From: Paragordius varius
Lineage: Eukaryota; Animalia; Nematomorpha
Direction: 5' to 3'
NCBI GenBank assembly: GCA_964247055.1
Contig: OZ176054.1
Coordinates: 7,316,001 to 7,380,000 of the forward strand
Length of the DNA stretch: 64,000 nt
The notes beneath the pieces were generated by a model. The model ran no database searches. It saw only the letters and a list, made by a program, of their open reading frames with translations, and had not been told where the DNA came from. Position numbers and translations under genes: made by a program. This document shows, in pieces, positions 13,251 to 24,912 of this stretch (position 1 is its first letter; every line of letters begins with the position of its first letter).

Positions 13251-14852
13251 TATGTATGATTCTTTTCCCAGATTATGTATATCAATCATGGTTATATATT
13301 TTCCCATATAAAGGCGAAAAAGTCCTGTTTCAATATGTACTGAGTGGAGTCCGGCCCTTTGTAAAAAGCGCTATTATATAAAACCTAATTACAAGCTCTG
13401 AGGCTGTATATCATTTATGGTTATAAGTTTTCCATATGAAGGCAATCACAGCTTTTTACAAATAGCCATTAAGTAGTATGCCCCTTCCTCTAAAATCACT
13501 AATGGTAGATAATCGACTGCAAGCAAACAACAAACAAAGCCACCATATATAAATAATGTAGCTTGGAAGCATTTTTCGAATGATATGAGAACATATAAAT
13601 TATTAGATTTTCCTATTAGTCGAGATTTTCTTAAGTTAGCATACACAAGGTTAGGGATGCACTCAATGAATGCGCCTTATAAATCGTGTTTCTGATTAAA
13701 CTTTTTTCTCTTTATTGCAGAGAAATAAATTATCGATGAATGGTATTGTCGATTATCTAACAGCCACACATCACAGATTATAGCTGATATATACATACAT
13801 ATTATATTGTTATTAATACCCAGTAGTATGCTTCAAATTATTTAATATTACCTGTTTTTTTATATTTTAAATAAGGTTTTTTTAAGAATGTTTTAGACAT
13901 AAATAACCATAATATTTTGTTATTTTAGTCATATATTAAAACCTCACCTTATATGATGTATAAATTATTGTTGTTGAGCTTGTAGTCGATTATCGACCGC
14001 TAGCGATATGGGAAAACTTCCTCCACTCAGTTCTATCGTGGACATTTCAGGATTGTTTTTGCAGTGGCATTTTGGAAAGTGATAAAATTTCGTTTATCCA
14101 AATAAGTCTTCAGATCCTTTCTCTCTTGCTATTTACTATCCGTAACAGTATATCCTTTTCGAAAGAATATCATTGAATTATCAAAATAACCAAATTTTTC
14201 ACAAATTATTTAACCACGAAACGTTGTTCAAGTGTTGATTTTGTAAGCAATATCAATGTTCTTCACTTTGTCCCAAGTATTTGAACCAATAAAATAGAGG
14301 TCAGAAATGAGAACCGGAATCACTGCCTTATTCAAAATGTTCTGACCCCCCTCCCCCCCCCCCCCCCCCCCCAAAAAGGTTCCAACAAATTAATTTTATT
14401 AATTTGCAAGACCTTATCCATTTGAAAAAGTACCGGAAATACTTATCAAATATTAAATATTTATCAATCAAACTTTCCAAAATGATAAAATTAGATTGAT
14501 TTATTAACATTTCTAAATTATTTGAATAAGAATAACTTACAATATTTATCTTAAAGTCAACCAAATTCAATGCAATAAATATTTTTAAATTATAAGCAAT
14601 AAAAAAACCAAAATTAGTTTGCGATTGGGAATATACGTTTTAAATTATGTAAGTCGTTAAAATTATGTGTGTTTAAACTTACAAATTCGGAGATGAGTTT
14701 TATTTAAAGGTATCTTGAATAAGATTGGCCTAATTAAAATATATTTATAGTAAACCAGAAAATAGATAATCAGAAAAATAAATATATATATAAATCCATT
14801 TATTATAATAATAAATATTATTTTCCATAATTATTTGGCATGCATGCATAAA

Positions 14853-17800
14853 CTAACAAGTTATTGGTCTTTGCGGCATGCATAAATTATAAAATCGTTT
14901 TTTGTCCCAAAAATTTGACGCTTTCCAATAACAACCATCCTGTTCATAAAAAAGAAATGTATGAAACAATATAAAACAAAATTAAAAAATTTATATAAAA
15001 AATTGCCAATTAATTTAAATCAAAACTTCAAATATAAATCTCATTAATCATCTCACCATATTTTTGATTAAAGATACGTACCATCAAATAATAAAAGTTT
15101 TATACTTTCGCGGAAGGATAAAAAACCTAATTTTCCGTAATCCAAATTTCAATTTCGTTGCTTTGATTATATTAAATTAGTTACTTGAAATATTTTCAGC
15201 CTCAATATCAATTAAATACCATTTTTGAAAGGAAGAATATAAAACGCATTTTTTACTCAACTTCTATTAAATTTGCATATTAACTTTAATACTCCACAAT
15301 CAATGCCGTTTATAAGGGGTAGAAGGAATTTTCGTAAAAATAAAAATAAATCTATATGATATAAAATCCAACCAACTGTATTCAATAGGGAGAGGGACTG
15401 AGAAAACATCTATTTTAGGCACAAAAGTAATTTTTTACTCTTATCAAATAGAAATTTGTATAACCAATTAGCTTTAATAAAATTAAATAATTATAATAAT
15501 CTAAAAAAATTATACATTTTTTAGTATAGCTATAATGTCGTCCGAGGGACCTGTGTAATGCGGATCCAAAATAAGAAAAAATGTTTCATCCTTGTCCCCA
15601 TCATAAGCCAATCCCAGAATTGTGTGTGCCAATTCCCCACCACCTTTAAATATTTTGATTTTGCATGAATAACACGATTATACAGTAAAAATTATTAAAG
15701 ACAAAACGTAATCACTAAATTTTAAATCTTAAATTTTTTCTACTCAAAATATTTATTATAATTCCGACATATATACACTAGAATGTGTTACCAATTTTCT
15801 TTTCTATTCTATATTTTGCAAACCCAAAACGATAACAATAAGTTAAACTACGTTAAGGTATAAAAGATATGGTGGTGTTTTTAAAAAACAACTGACTTTT
15901 AATTACGTTTTTTCTTTATAATACTGTATTTAAGTATATTTTACGGCCTTTAAAGATTATATAAAAGAGAAGAAACGATTGTTAGCCAATTCATTATAAT
16001 TTGTTTGTTATTATTATATATGTTAAGCCAAAAACAATTTGCTGTAAATTTAAATACTAATAATCGTTTTTTCAAAAAATATATACCAATCATAACAGGT
16101 GTTCCTTGAGATTGAAAATGATACAGCAAAGTTTGGTGATGTTCTTTGATTTGAGACCCATTCGAAACATGTAATATACGAGAATCAATCTATTATGATT
16201 TAAGTGTGCGATTGAGTAAAATAAGCATATAAGCCATATATTCACTAATCGGACAACTAAAAGCACTATTTTAATAAATTTATTTGTTCCAATAACATAA
16301 TTAAATATACAATTAAAGTACCATTATAAGTACATCATTCTTTTTTTTGATTATTTTTTTAAAAAAATTATCATTTTCTAGGCTTAAAATAGGTGTACTA
16401 TGGTTATTAATAATTAAAATTTCATATCAAAAACAGAGAGATAAAAATCAGTTTTTGAAGTTTAACGAGCAATAGAAAACCTGATTTTCTGGTTACAAAA
16501 GTCTATCTAAATATGATAATGCACAAACCACATATTTGACTATTTACTGATAAAAGAGTTGTTTTTATATTAATTGGATAAAACTATTTCTTAGTAAATG
16601 GCAATAATTGGAATATACTAGAATATTATATTAAAATGTTATATATTAAATTAATATCAATCGATAAAAATAAACTTGATAAAAATGTTGCAACACATAA
16701 GCAACTTCATTAGATCCTATCCATTGCGTACTACCAACAAAACTTTTTGGCTTATCACCCATGGCATATAAGGCCTAAATCATATATGTGTTTCACCATT
16801 TACGATTCAAATTCACCATTTACAATTCAAATTCACCCTTAAACAATTCAAATTCACCATCGAACAATTCAAAATTACCCTTAAAAAATTCAAATTCACC
16901 CTAAAAATAATTTGTGTTTTCGGGCTAATATAACTCATTATTCATACTAATTATTTTTTATGGCATAGTTTATTAGTTTTTCAGTATTATATTAATTTTA
17001 GACAAAATTTTATTTTTTATAAATATTTAAAAAAAGAGTAAACTTTAATTTTAAAAACACATAATTTTTTTAGGGTAAATTTGATTAGTTTAAAGGTGAA
17101 TTTAAATTGTTCAGGGGTGAATTTGTTAGCTGTAAATGGTATATTAACAAAAGTATAATTAAAATCATGGGGTGTCCAACACGTGTGGCACTCCAAAATA
17201 TTTCCGCAGCCCGCGAAAAATCTTAACACATAATTTTACGTAATCTAAATAGAATGGATTTTCTTTAACAAAATTTGCGATAAGTTTTTGCGAATTTTGG
17301 CAATAAACTAGCAAAAATTATTAAAACTCTATAAAAACTCCCCATATATTTTGCGAATATGGTCCGTCGGATTTTTCAATCCAAATGTGCGGCCCAAGAA
17401 GCCATTTGTGTCGGACACCCGCGTGATTGATTTAAATTAAAACAAAAATTGAGTTTTTATACGGTATATTCGAAATGGCTATTAAAACAATGTATCATTT
17501 ATAAATTTTGCGTTTCAAAATCTAAAAAAAATATATATTATTTTACAAAGATAAATAAAAATACGCGAGGATATTTTGTATTGAGTATCAATAATGTTTT
17601 CTAATCCGTTTTAATAATTTTCTACTAATTCGTAAGTTTTGAAATATGGTTCTTAGAATCAATATTTTATTAAGAAATTATATAATAGTAAGTAGTATCA
17701 TTACAGGGTGAAAATTGTTTTCAAGGATTTAAACAATCTGAGTAAAATTCGGAAAAAATTGTTTATATTTAAATGTTTGTTTTGCAAATATATTTTAGGT

Positions 17801-20800
17801 GTTTTACCATTTAAATCAAAAATTAAAGTATGTACTATATTTTTATATGATTCAAATTTATTAACGCTAGGATTCAAATGAAAAAAAATAAATAAAAAAG
17901 GGTTATTTTATTAATATGGGTATTTAAAAAACTTGGGTATACATAAATGAAAAATCAAAACGATAGCAAAAAAACATGCAAATATTATAAACCTCTTGAA
18001 TTTCTTTATGCGTTGGGGGCTTTATTTTCCAATTATCTATTTTTTCGAATTTACTATTGCCTGATTCAAAAGTATTTGTATCGTATACTAAAGCTTCAAC
18101 ATATCCCTGCAGAAAAAGCCAAGAGGCCAGAGTTTGTAAAGAACGATAAGCACAACCCCAACCACAATCATTTATTCCATCTTGATTGTAATGATAATAT
18201 GCATAGTTTCCTGAAACATACGCAGTTTGAACGTGTGGACCAAAGGCTTGGGACGGTATTATAACTATGTATATTATATTTAATATATTGATAAAATTAA
18301 TATTACAATATATTGGATTATTACTAGTTAAAAATAAATTCAACAAAAGAAAATTTTCTTTAATTCCCGTATATATACATATTTCAAAATTTTAAATGAT
18401 TTTCAAAATTTATATTTCCAAACGCTAATACATATAAAGGTTGATATATGAATTAACAAACAATTTTTATTTTTTATAGATTTCAATCATTATATCGCCC
18501 AAAATTAATTAATCATTCTTTACTAACAACAAACATAAATTAAAAAAAAATTAAAAAATTATACAACTTAAACAATCACATTTTCACAAATGAAAAATTG
18601 CAACCACCTTTATTTTTAGCTTCCTTCTTGTTGAATGACGCATTCATGTTATTAAGTAGATACATGTAAGTGTGCGGATTTAATAGATGACCCTTCTCAT
18701 AGTAATTTAAAATGGGGTGATCTCTATCCAAATTATCTTTTGTTTGAATTTCGTTATCATGTGGTTTAGTAATTTTAGGTGTTTTATAAATAAGGCTTAA
18801 AGCATAAGATGAAGTTAGTATGGGTTGAGTCGGGGGAATTAGCAGAAAATCCATCCATTGTTTGCGTTCCTTTTCTTGATAGGAAATCATTAAATAACGA
18901 TAAAACATTAAATAAATTAAATAAGACATCTTTGTAGATCATTTAACAAAAAAATTATTGCAAATCTATGTTCTAATTTTATGATATGAAAAACTTAAAA
19001 CTGAAAATGGAATACTGCGATAAAACGTTGCTGATATTCAAAACTAAAATTTGTTCATATTGTTTAATGTTTATATTGATGTGATATCAATTGTCACAAT
19101 CTAAGTTACGCAATTGTAAATCTTTTAAATTATATCTAGAAAATACTTTGTTAACGGTTATTATTTTTTTAGTCACATTTTAAAATAAAATTTCGCGTCT
19201 TGGAAAATATTTTTGTAGGAAGACAAATTCTAAAACCACATAAAATTAATTCATTTTTACAAATTTATCAGTCTATAAAAATTTCATGTATTCTTATCAA
19301 TAAATTTAAATAACTTCTAGATTCCAATGTTCCGAATAGAGAATGACAAGCTAAAAAGGGTATGGGAATATTATGTTGCGGATTCCAAAATAATTGTGCG
19401 GTTGGTAATGTTAGGATGGGAGCTTTGTTTCCACATGATTTTTGAATACTTTCTAACTTTTAATGATAACAAACACAAATATCATTATACAAATTATTAA
19501 GCACTATTCGGTAATAAAAAAGGTTTTTGAAAGTTCAAGTTGATTTTTTTAAAAAAATATTTTTGATATACCATTTACAGTTCAAATTTACCCTTGAACA
19601 ATTATTCACCCTCGAACAATTCAAATTCACCCTTGAACAATTCAAATTCACCCTAAAAATAAATTATGTGTTTTCAAACTAATATAATTCATTATTAATA
19701 TGAAATATATGTTTATGGTATAGTTCATTTTTTTCAGTATTATTATAATTCAAAACAAAATTTTTATTTTTGAAAAATATATAAAATATAAATAATTTTT
19801 AATCTTAAAAAACATATATCTTATTCGAGGGTGAATAAATTGTTCGAGGGTGAATTTGAATTGTTCAAGGGTGAATTTGAATTGTTCAAGGGTAAATTTG
19901 AATTGTTTAAGGGTGAAATTGAATTTTAAATGGTATATATGTATATCGTCAGAAGTTATATAAAACTAAATAATAATAGTAATAACCTAATCGGTAACAT
20001 GTCAATTATTAAAATAATACAAACCATGATTATAGCGGTATTTAGTTATTCTTACTTACGATAACTTTAACAATTTGATACGAAAAACTACGAAGTATAT
20101 ATTTGTTTATATATAATTAATGTTAAATTTTGATATTATATTATTTTAAATGATCTCGAATAAAATGTACATTTTCTCCATTGACGGAAGTTGGTAAATT
20201 TAAAAAAAATCTGTCATAAATACCATTTGTTTGAGGGTAAAAGAAGTCACATTATTCCTGTTATGCGGTTCATTCAACACATCACCTCCAGTCTTGGCAT
20301 ATTCATCATCAATGCTTTGTTCTTTTGTGGACTTTTCCTCCTTTTCTTTATTATCTGTAAACCAGTCCAAATATATTGTTCGCAATTGTGAAATGAGGGA
20401 TTGTTTTAACCCTTGACAAATGGTATGTTGGGACAAAGTTGTAGTAGTAGTTTTATCAACAGCGCCAGTTAACATGTAATATGGTTTAATCACAATATCC
20501 AGCATAAAAATTTTATTTGACTCACCAAGGTTTTCTGTGAAATTACCGTTTTTTTCATTAGTAGTGTTGTTAAAAGACGAGGGCGCCATATCATCTCCAT
20601 AAATATCGACGGGTGAACAATTAATTTTTGTCGTTTTAGAAGTTGATTTGTTGAGATTATTTGTATCACCTGATATGGATAGTTTATTGACTATAAATAG
20701 GAATAACAAATATATATAAAGCATGAATTAAGAAATTTAATAATTAAGATTGAAGGTGGAACCGTTTTTGTATAATATCCATGATAATGGTTAAAACACG

Positions 20801-21722
20801 ATTTAAAACCGTAATATAAATTCCATTTTTTTCGATTTTTTTATCATTTGTCTAATATTAAATAATACAATGTTAACCATATTTATTATTATTTTATTTT
20901 TAAGTATATTTTAGAGACTATACAGAGTACAATGGCTAAACAATAAGTTTTCGTGGATTATATATTGATCCATGCGCTAATTAAGTATTATTAAATTGTG
21001 ATAAGCGTAGAATTCGAAACCTGACCAATATTAACGGTTTAAAAATATTTGTATTTATTTAAATATCTAGCTTGAACACATCACCTATAAATTTATTCTT
21101 AATATTAAACCTAATAAAAAGGGTAATAAAGAGAAAAGTGGTGATAGGAATGTTGTTTAAATAATAAAATAAATTAAAATATTTATCCAGTGCATTATAA
21201 TGGCTGATAGTTATATTATGGCTGTATATAATCATATTAATTGTATTATAAAACTTTACAAATTAACGAATTCCAATTATTTAAAATTAAATTATTATAA
21301 ATAAATGTTGAAAATACCTTTTTCTATCCTGATTGTGGGAACGGTATGCGCTGATTTTTCAAAATTTTCTTTTTTCCCAGTTATTTGAATACCCATTTTT
21401 AGTGGGATTGTGCTTATCTATCATAAATAAAAAGAAATTATATTTGCATAAAGAGGGTTTTAACAAAGATATGAGTATTATCATGTTACTTTATATTTAT
21501 CGAATTGAATTGCCGCCAAATGATTTTGGTGACTCAAAAGTTCAAACAAATTTTTATCAATTTCCTTTTCTTGGGATGATTCATTAGAAGATTGTGGTGA
21601 TATTATGCTTTTTTTAATTTTACCATTCATTTCAGTTTGTAATATAAAATATAGTTTTCTCTTTTCTAATTTTTCTATAAGATTGCTAATTGCATCCTTA
21701 ATGTACCATTGCAATAATGCTA
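14853..21722 (-). CDS. UFSP2: Ufm1-specific protease 2 (peptidase C78), multi-exon; 5' end unresolved
   Basis: Phase-compatible exons: 17993-18264 ([23 protein letters not shown], catalytic Cys), 16676-16774 ([16 protein letters not shown]), 16087-16189 ([12 protein letters not shown]), 15516-15643 ([19 protein letters not shown]) and 14853-14939 ([16 protein letters not shown], stop). Upstream exons lie near 18.6-18.9k (LLNPHTY), 19.3-19.45k, 20.2-20.7k and 21.5-21.7k. Confidence 0.93.
16785..17144. mobile_element. Foldback MITE family with 21-bp arrays in its TIRs, copy a (in a UFSP2 intron)
   Basis: (AATTCAAATTCACCCTTGAAC)n on the left, its reverse complement on the right, ending TGTAAATGG|tata. 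Confidence 0.85.
17166..17423. mobile_element. Decayed hAT-type MITE
   Basis: Termini GGGGTGTCCAACAC / GTGTCGGACACCC; the TSD is not preserved. A related single end occurs at 25367-25420. Confidence 0.6.
19567..19938. mobile_element. Foldback MITE with 21-bp arrays, copy b
   Basis: tata|CCATTTACAGTTCAAAT...AAATGG|tata, with the same internal spacer as copy a. Confidence 0.9.
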
Positions 21723-22230
21723 AAAATATTAGTAGAAAATTTTGAAAAATCGGTTAAATAAGATTTTGTAGCCGTATATAATTAAATAAAAAAATGTAAT
21801 TAAACAAATGACTATATAATCAAAAACATTAAAATAGGGATAACATTATCAGGGAAAATTAAAGCTATAAACTGTATTTTAAGACGTTTTATTTGACTGG
21901 TAAATAAAAGAATCATCTAAATTGAAAAAAAATGTGCAAAATACAAAATATTTTTGCATTTAAGTAGAACTGTTTCCGTTTGTAAACATTTCCTCACATT
22001 AGTAAACAAGGATTGATAGATAACACATTATTATGACAAAACTATAAGAAATATTCACCATCTTCGTTCCATATTATGGGTATTTGTTCATGATGCTCAG
22101 ATGTTAACAAAGTCCAATCTTTAAAATGATTTTCCAATTCTGTAATAAATAAATATGTATTATATATATGTGCATAAATATAATAAGGGTCAAAAAATAA
22201 GGCGCAAAATATGTTATGTAGCATCATTGA

Positions 22231-22333
22231 TCATCCTAATATGTATTCGCCATTAAACAATACACTCTTAAGAGCGTTTCTCCAATCATTACTTGATCTG
22301 GCTGCTATTTCTATTTAAATTAACTTTTTGAGA

Positions 22334-22375
<42 letters not shown>

Positions 22376-23850
22376 TTAATTGGTGGTATTTTTGTTAAAC
22401 AAATTTCGATATAAGACCCTTGTCATATAAGGCCTTCGGCATAAAATATATGGTGTGGCATGCCGGCTGTGATACCTTTAGTTATATCTTTAAAAATAAC
22501 ATAAAATATATATATGTTTTAATTGGTGGTATTTTTGTCAAACAAATTTCGATATAAGACCCTTGTCATATAAGGCCTTCGCCATAAAATATATGGTGTG
22601 GCATGCCGGCTGTGATACCTTTAGTTATATCTTTAAAAATAACATAAATAAGGTTTGAATTTAACATGGATCCCTAGGGAGTCCGTTTTTTATTTTAAAG
22701 CTTTTATTTAATCCCTATGGTGTTTTTATATGGGCTCTGAAAGTTCGATATAAGAGCATGAATGCAGTTATTAGCCATTCATTATGGAATTAGTTTTAGA
22801 ATCGAGTCAAATACATGATATAAAAGGGATATTTGAATGTGTACGTTTACACGTGACTTGATGTGAAGATAGCGTCGATTTACTATTTAATTCGCCTTTA
22901 ATATCGTTTAAATGTATTTTGAATGAGATAAAAGAGTATTATTTTTTTAAATTGGGTAGTCTAGTAATTTTCGGTCGGATTTGGGTAAGAAAGGGTCTAC
23001 TTTTTTGTATATGGGTATAACCTAGCTGTTTTTCCAGTCTTCGGTATTTTTTCATCCTATATTATATTATTAAATATAGCGATATGTGCTCGCTAACTGA
23101 GGATCAATTAATTGGAGAATGACGAGTGGTATTTATTCATTTTTAATTTTCTGTAACAAAAATGATTTGGCGTTGCATAAATTGTGAAATATAGAAATAA
23201 GGGTTACCTTTAAAACAACCCTGATTCAATTAAAAATAAAAATACGAAAGATGTAAAAACATATTTAGGTTTTAAAATATTTAAATGTCTTATACATTTT
23301 AAATTGTAATTTTGTGTTAAAATTATGCCTTATAATATAAAACTCTAAAATATATCAAAAATATTTATTCAAAAAATATTTACTGACCGACAATCGGAAT
23401 TAGAGAGTACGGTTTCGGAGTTAAAATGTTGCTTTTAATTTCATATTTATAGAAGCCCTTAATTGTCTTATTGCACAAGTCTTCGTCAGTCTCATCAAAC
23501 AAATCCAAATCATCGGTGTGATTACAAGTGATTACGTAAAAATAATACGTTTCTCTTAATCTAATCTATAAAATAAAAGTATATATACTTGATTTAATGC
23601 AAACTTATTTCCAACATTTTCGATCAAATTATTTATATCATCGGTGTGATTAATTAGAAGAAGTGGAAGGTTCCTGTAACCAAAAATAAGCTTATAATTA
23701 TCTGTCTCTAAGTTTAAATCATAGAAATATTCATCGTCCAGCGATAAGACTGCACTATAAAATGTATCGATAGATGCTTTGTCGACCAAATATTTTATTT
23801 TCTATATAAATTGAGAATAATACATTTTGAACTGTTTCAAAAATTAACAT
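22231..23850 (-). CDS. Unidentified 165-aa protein, 4 exons (23850-23824, 23801-23589, 23565-23388, 22310-22231)
   Basis: Exons of 27+213+178+80 nt join in frame from ATG to TGA across GT-AG introns of 22, 23 and 1077 nt (MLIFETVQNKIKYLVDK...EIAARSSNDWRNALKSVLFNGEYILG). Confidence 0.6.
22338..22648. repeat. (TA)n microsatellite followed by a near-perfect 143-bp direct duplication
   Basis: 'atgttttaattggtggtatttttg...aaaataacataaa' starts at 22371 and again at 22514. Confidence 0.95.
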
Positions 23851-23900
23851 GCGTTGCAAGACTGAAAATATGCGTGTATATATATCACCAGGTTGAACAA

Positions 23901-24912
23901 ATGTCATCTCAAAACATCGGTCAAAAGGCATTCAAGTATTTGGGAAGTAAAGATTTCCGCCAATATCTCATGAGGTTTTATTGTTTTTAAAATATAGCAC
24001 GGTATTTTATATTTAAAATATTTAGCATTTTTGGGGTCCCCGTAAGTCTATGAATTATATATTTTAGTGGCAAATTGGGGTCTTCCAATCGCAGCTATGT
24101 TGGATCTCAACAAAAGCCCAGAAATAATAAGCGGAAAAATGACCATAGGTATTTTTTGAAAAAAAATCATGCAGATTTTTTGCATAAAATTTTTATCAAG
24201 CAACTCAAAATTTTAAACTATATTTCTAAAGTTTATCTTGAATTTTAATTCGTTTCTGATTCTTATTAGCATTGTGTTTTTATTCTCTGGCATTTATGCG
24301 ATTTGCTTGGTCCGTTCAACCCCGTAATTATTTATTGCTGGCCTGTCATGCTACAAATGAGGTGACACAATTAATGCAAGGAGCTCGCTTACTTAATTAC
24401 AGGCAATTTTTTTTACCTTTTAACTATTATTAATATGTATGATATTTTATATATTTCATTTAAAACGTTACGTTAAAAAACGGTTTGTAATGACCTTAAA
24501 TTTATAAATAGTCGTTGATTTGTAAGCTTTTAACTTTCACATTGTATTTGTGAAAAGTTTTGTTGTTTTAATAGAAATTTATAGTTTTTTAATTTTTTTG
24601 ACTTTTGTTTATTAGCTTTGCATAAGTTTATTCTACCCTAATTAATTTGTTATTTATTATTTATTTCTTGAGATATCATCTGGTGTATTTAGGAGATTTT
24701 TTGGATGAGAAAATTAAAGTTGATCGTATATTTTATAATATGGATTTGTTACCTATTCAGAATAACATTCTATTTTTGATATGATTATTATTCGGCATTA
24801 TAATTTTTAAGCCAATTTTAAGCTACCAATCAACATTATGTATTTTAATTTACAAGTTTTGAATGTTATTTTTTACGTTTTTTATCTTAGGATGCACAAA
24901 AATGTTACATGA
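23901..24912 (+). CDS. MPC1: Mitochondrial pyruvate carrier 1, 109 aa, 6 exons (23901-23974, 23998-24001, 24026-24041, 24068-24148, 24270-24402, 24891-24912)
   Basis: The spliced product is [109 protein letters not shown], with hallmark MPC1 motifs. The last intron uses a GC donor, so the final exon is less certain. Confidence 0.93.

Larger units (their letters stand above)
1..13992. repeat. Tandem array of three diverged ~4 kb units: <1-~4015, ~4016-~8620, ~8620-13992. Unit 3 is interrupted by a 1.64 kb insertion and lacks part of the middle segment.
   Basis: The same blocks recur collinearly: 'ttagatttacttttgcc' near 145/4175/10400, 'aagtatcgaagtcaa' near 485/4525/10750, and 'gagtggagtccg' near 3165/7785/13340. 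The window starts inside the array. Confidence 0.95.

Noticed and set aside
13985-14003. GTCGA-tta-TCGAC hairpin followed by CTAG, suggesting the 4 kb unit is a Helitron end
   Set aside because: The spacing is only 2 nt and the CTAG is absent in units 1 and 2; it looks like a truncation junction.
14328-14570. ORF ending in poly-Gly
   Set aside because: The Gly run is simply the reverse complement of a poly-C tract.
16800-16900. 21-bp tandem repeats superficially like a CRISPR array
   Set aside because: There are no unique spacers, the units are contiguous and mirrored as TIRs, and the context is eukaryotic.
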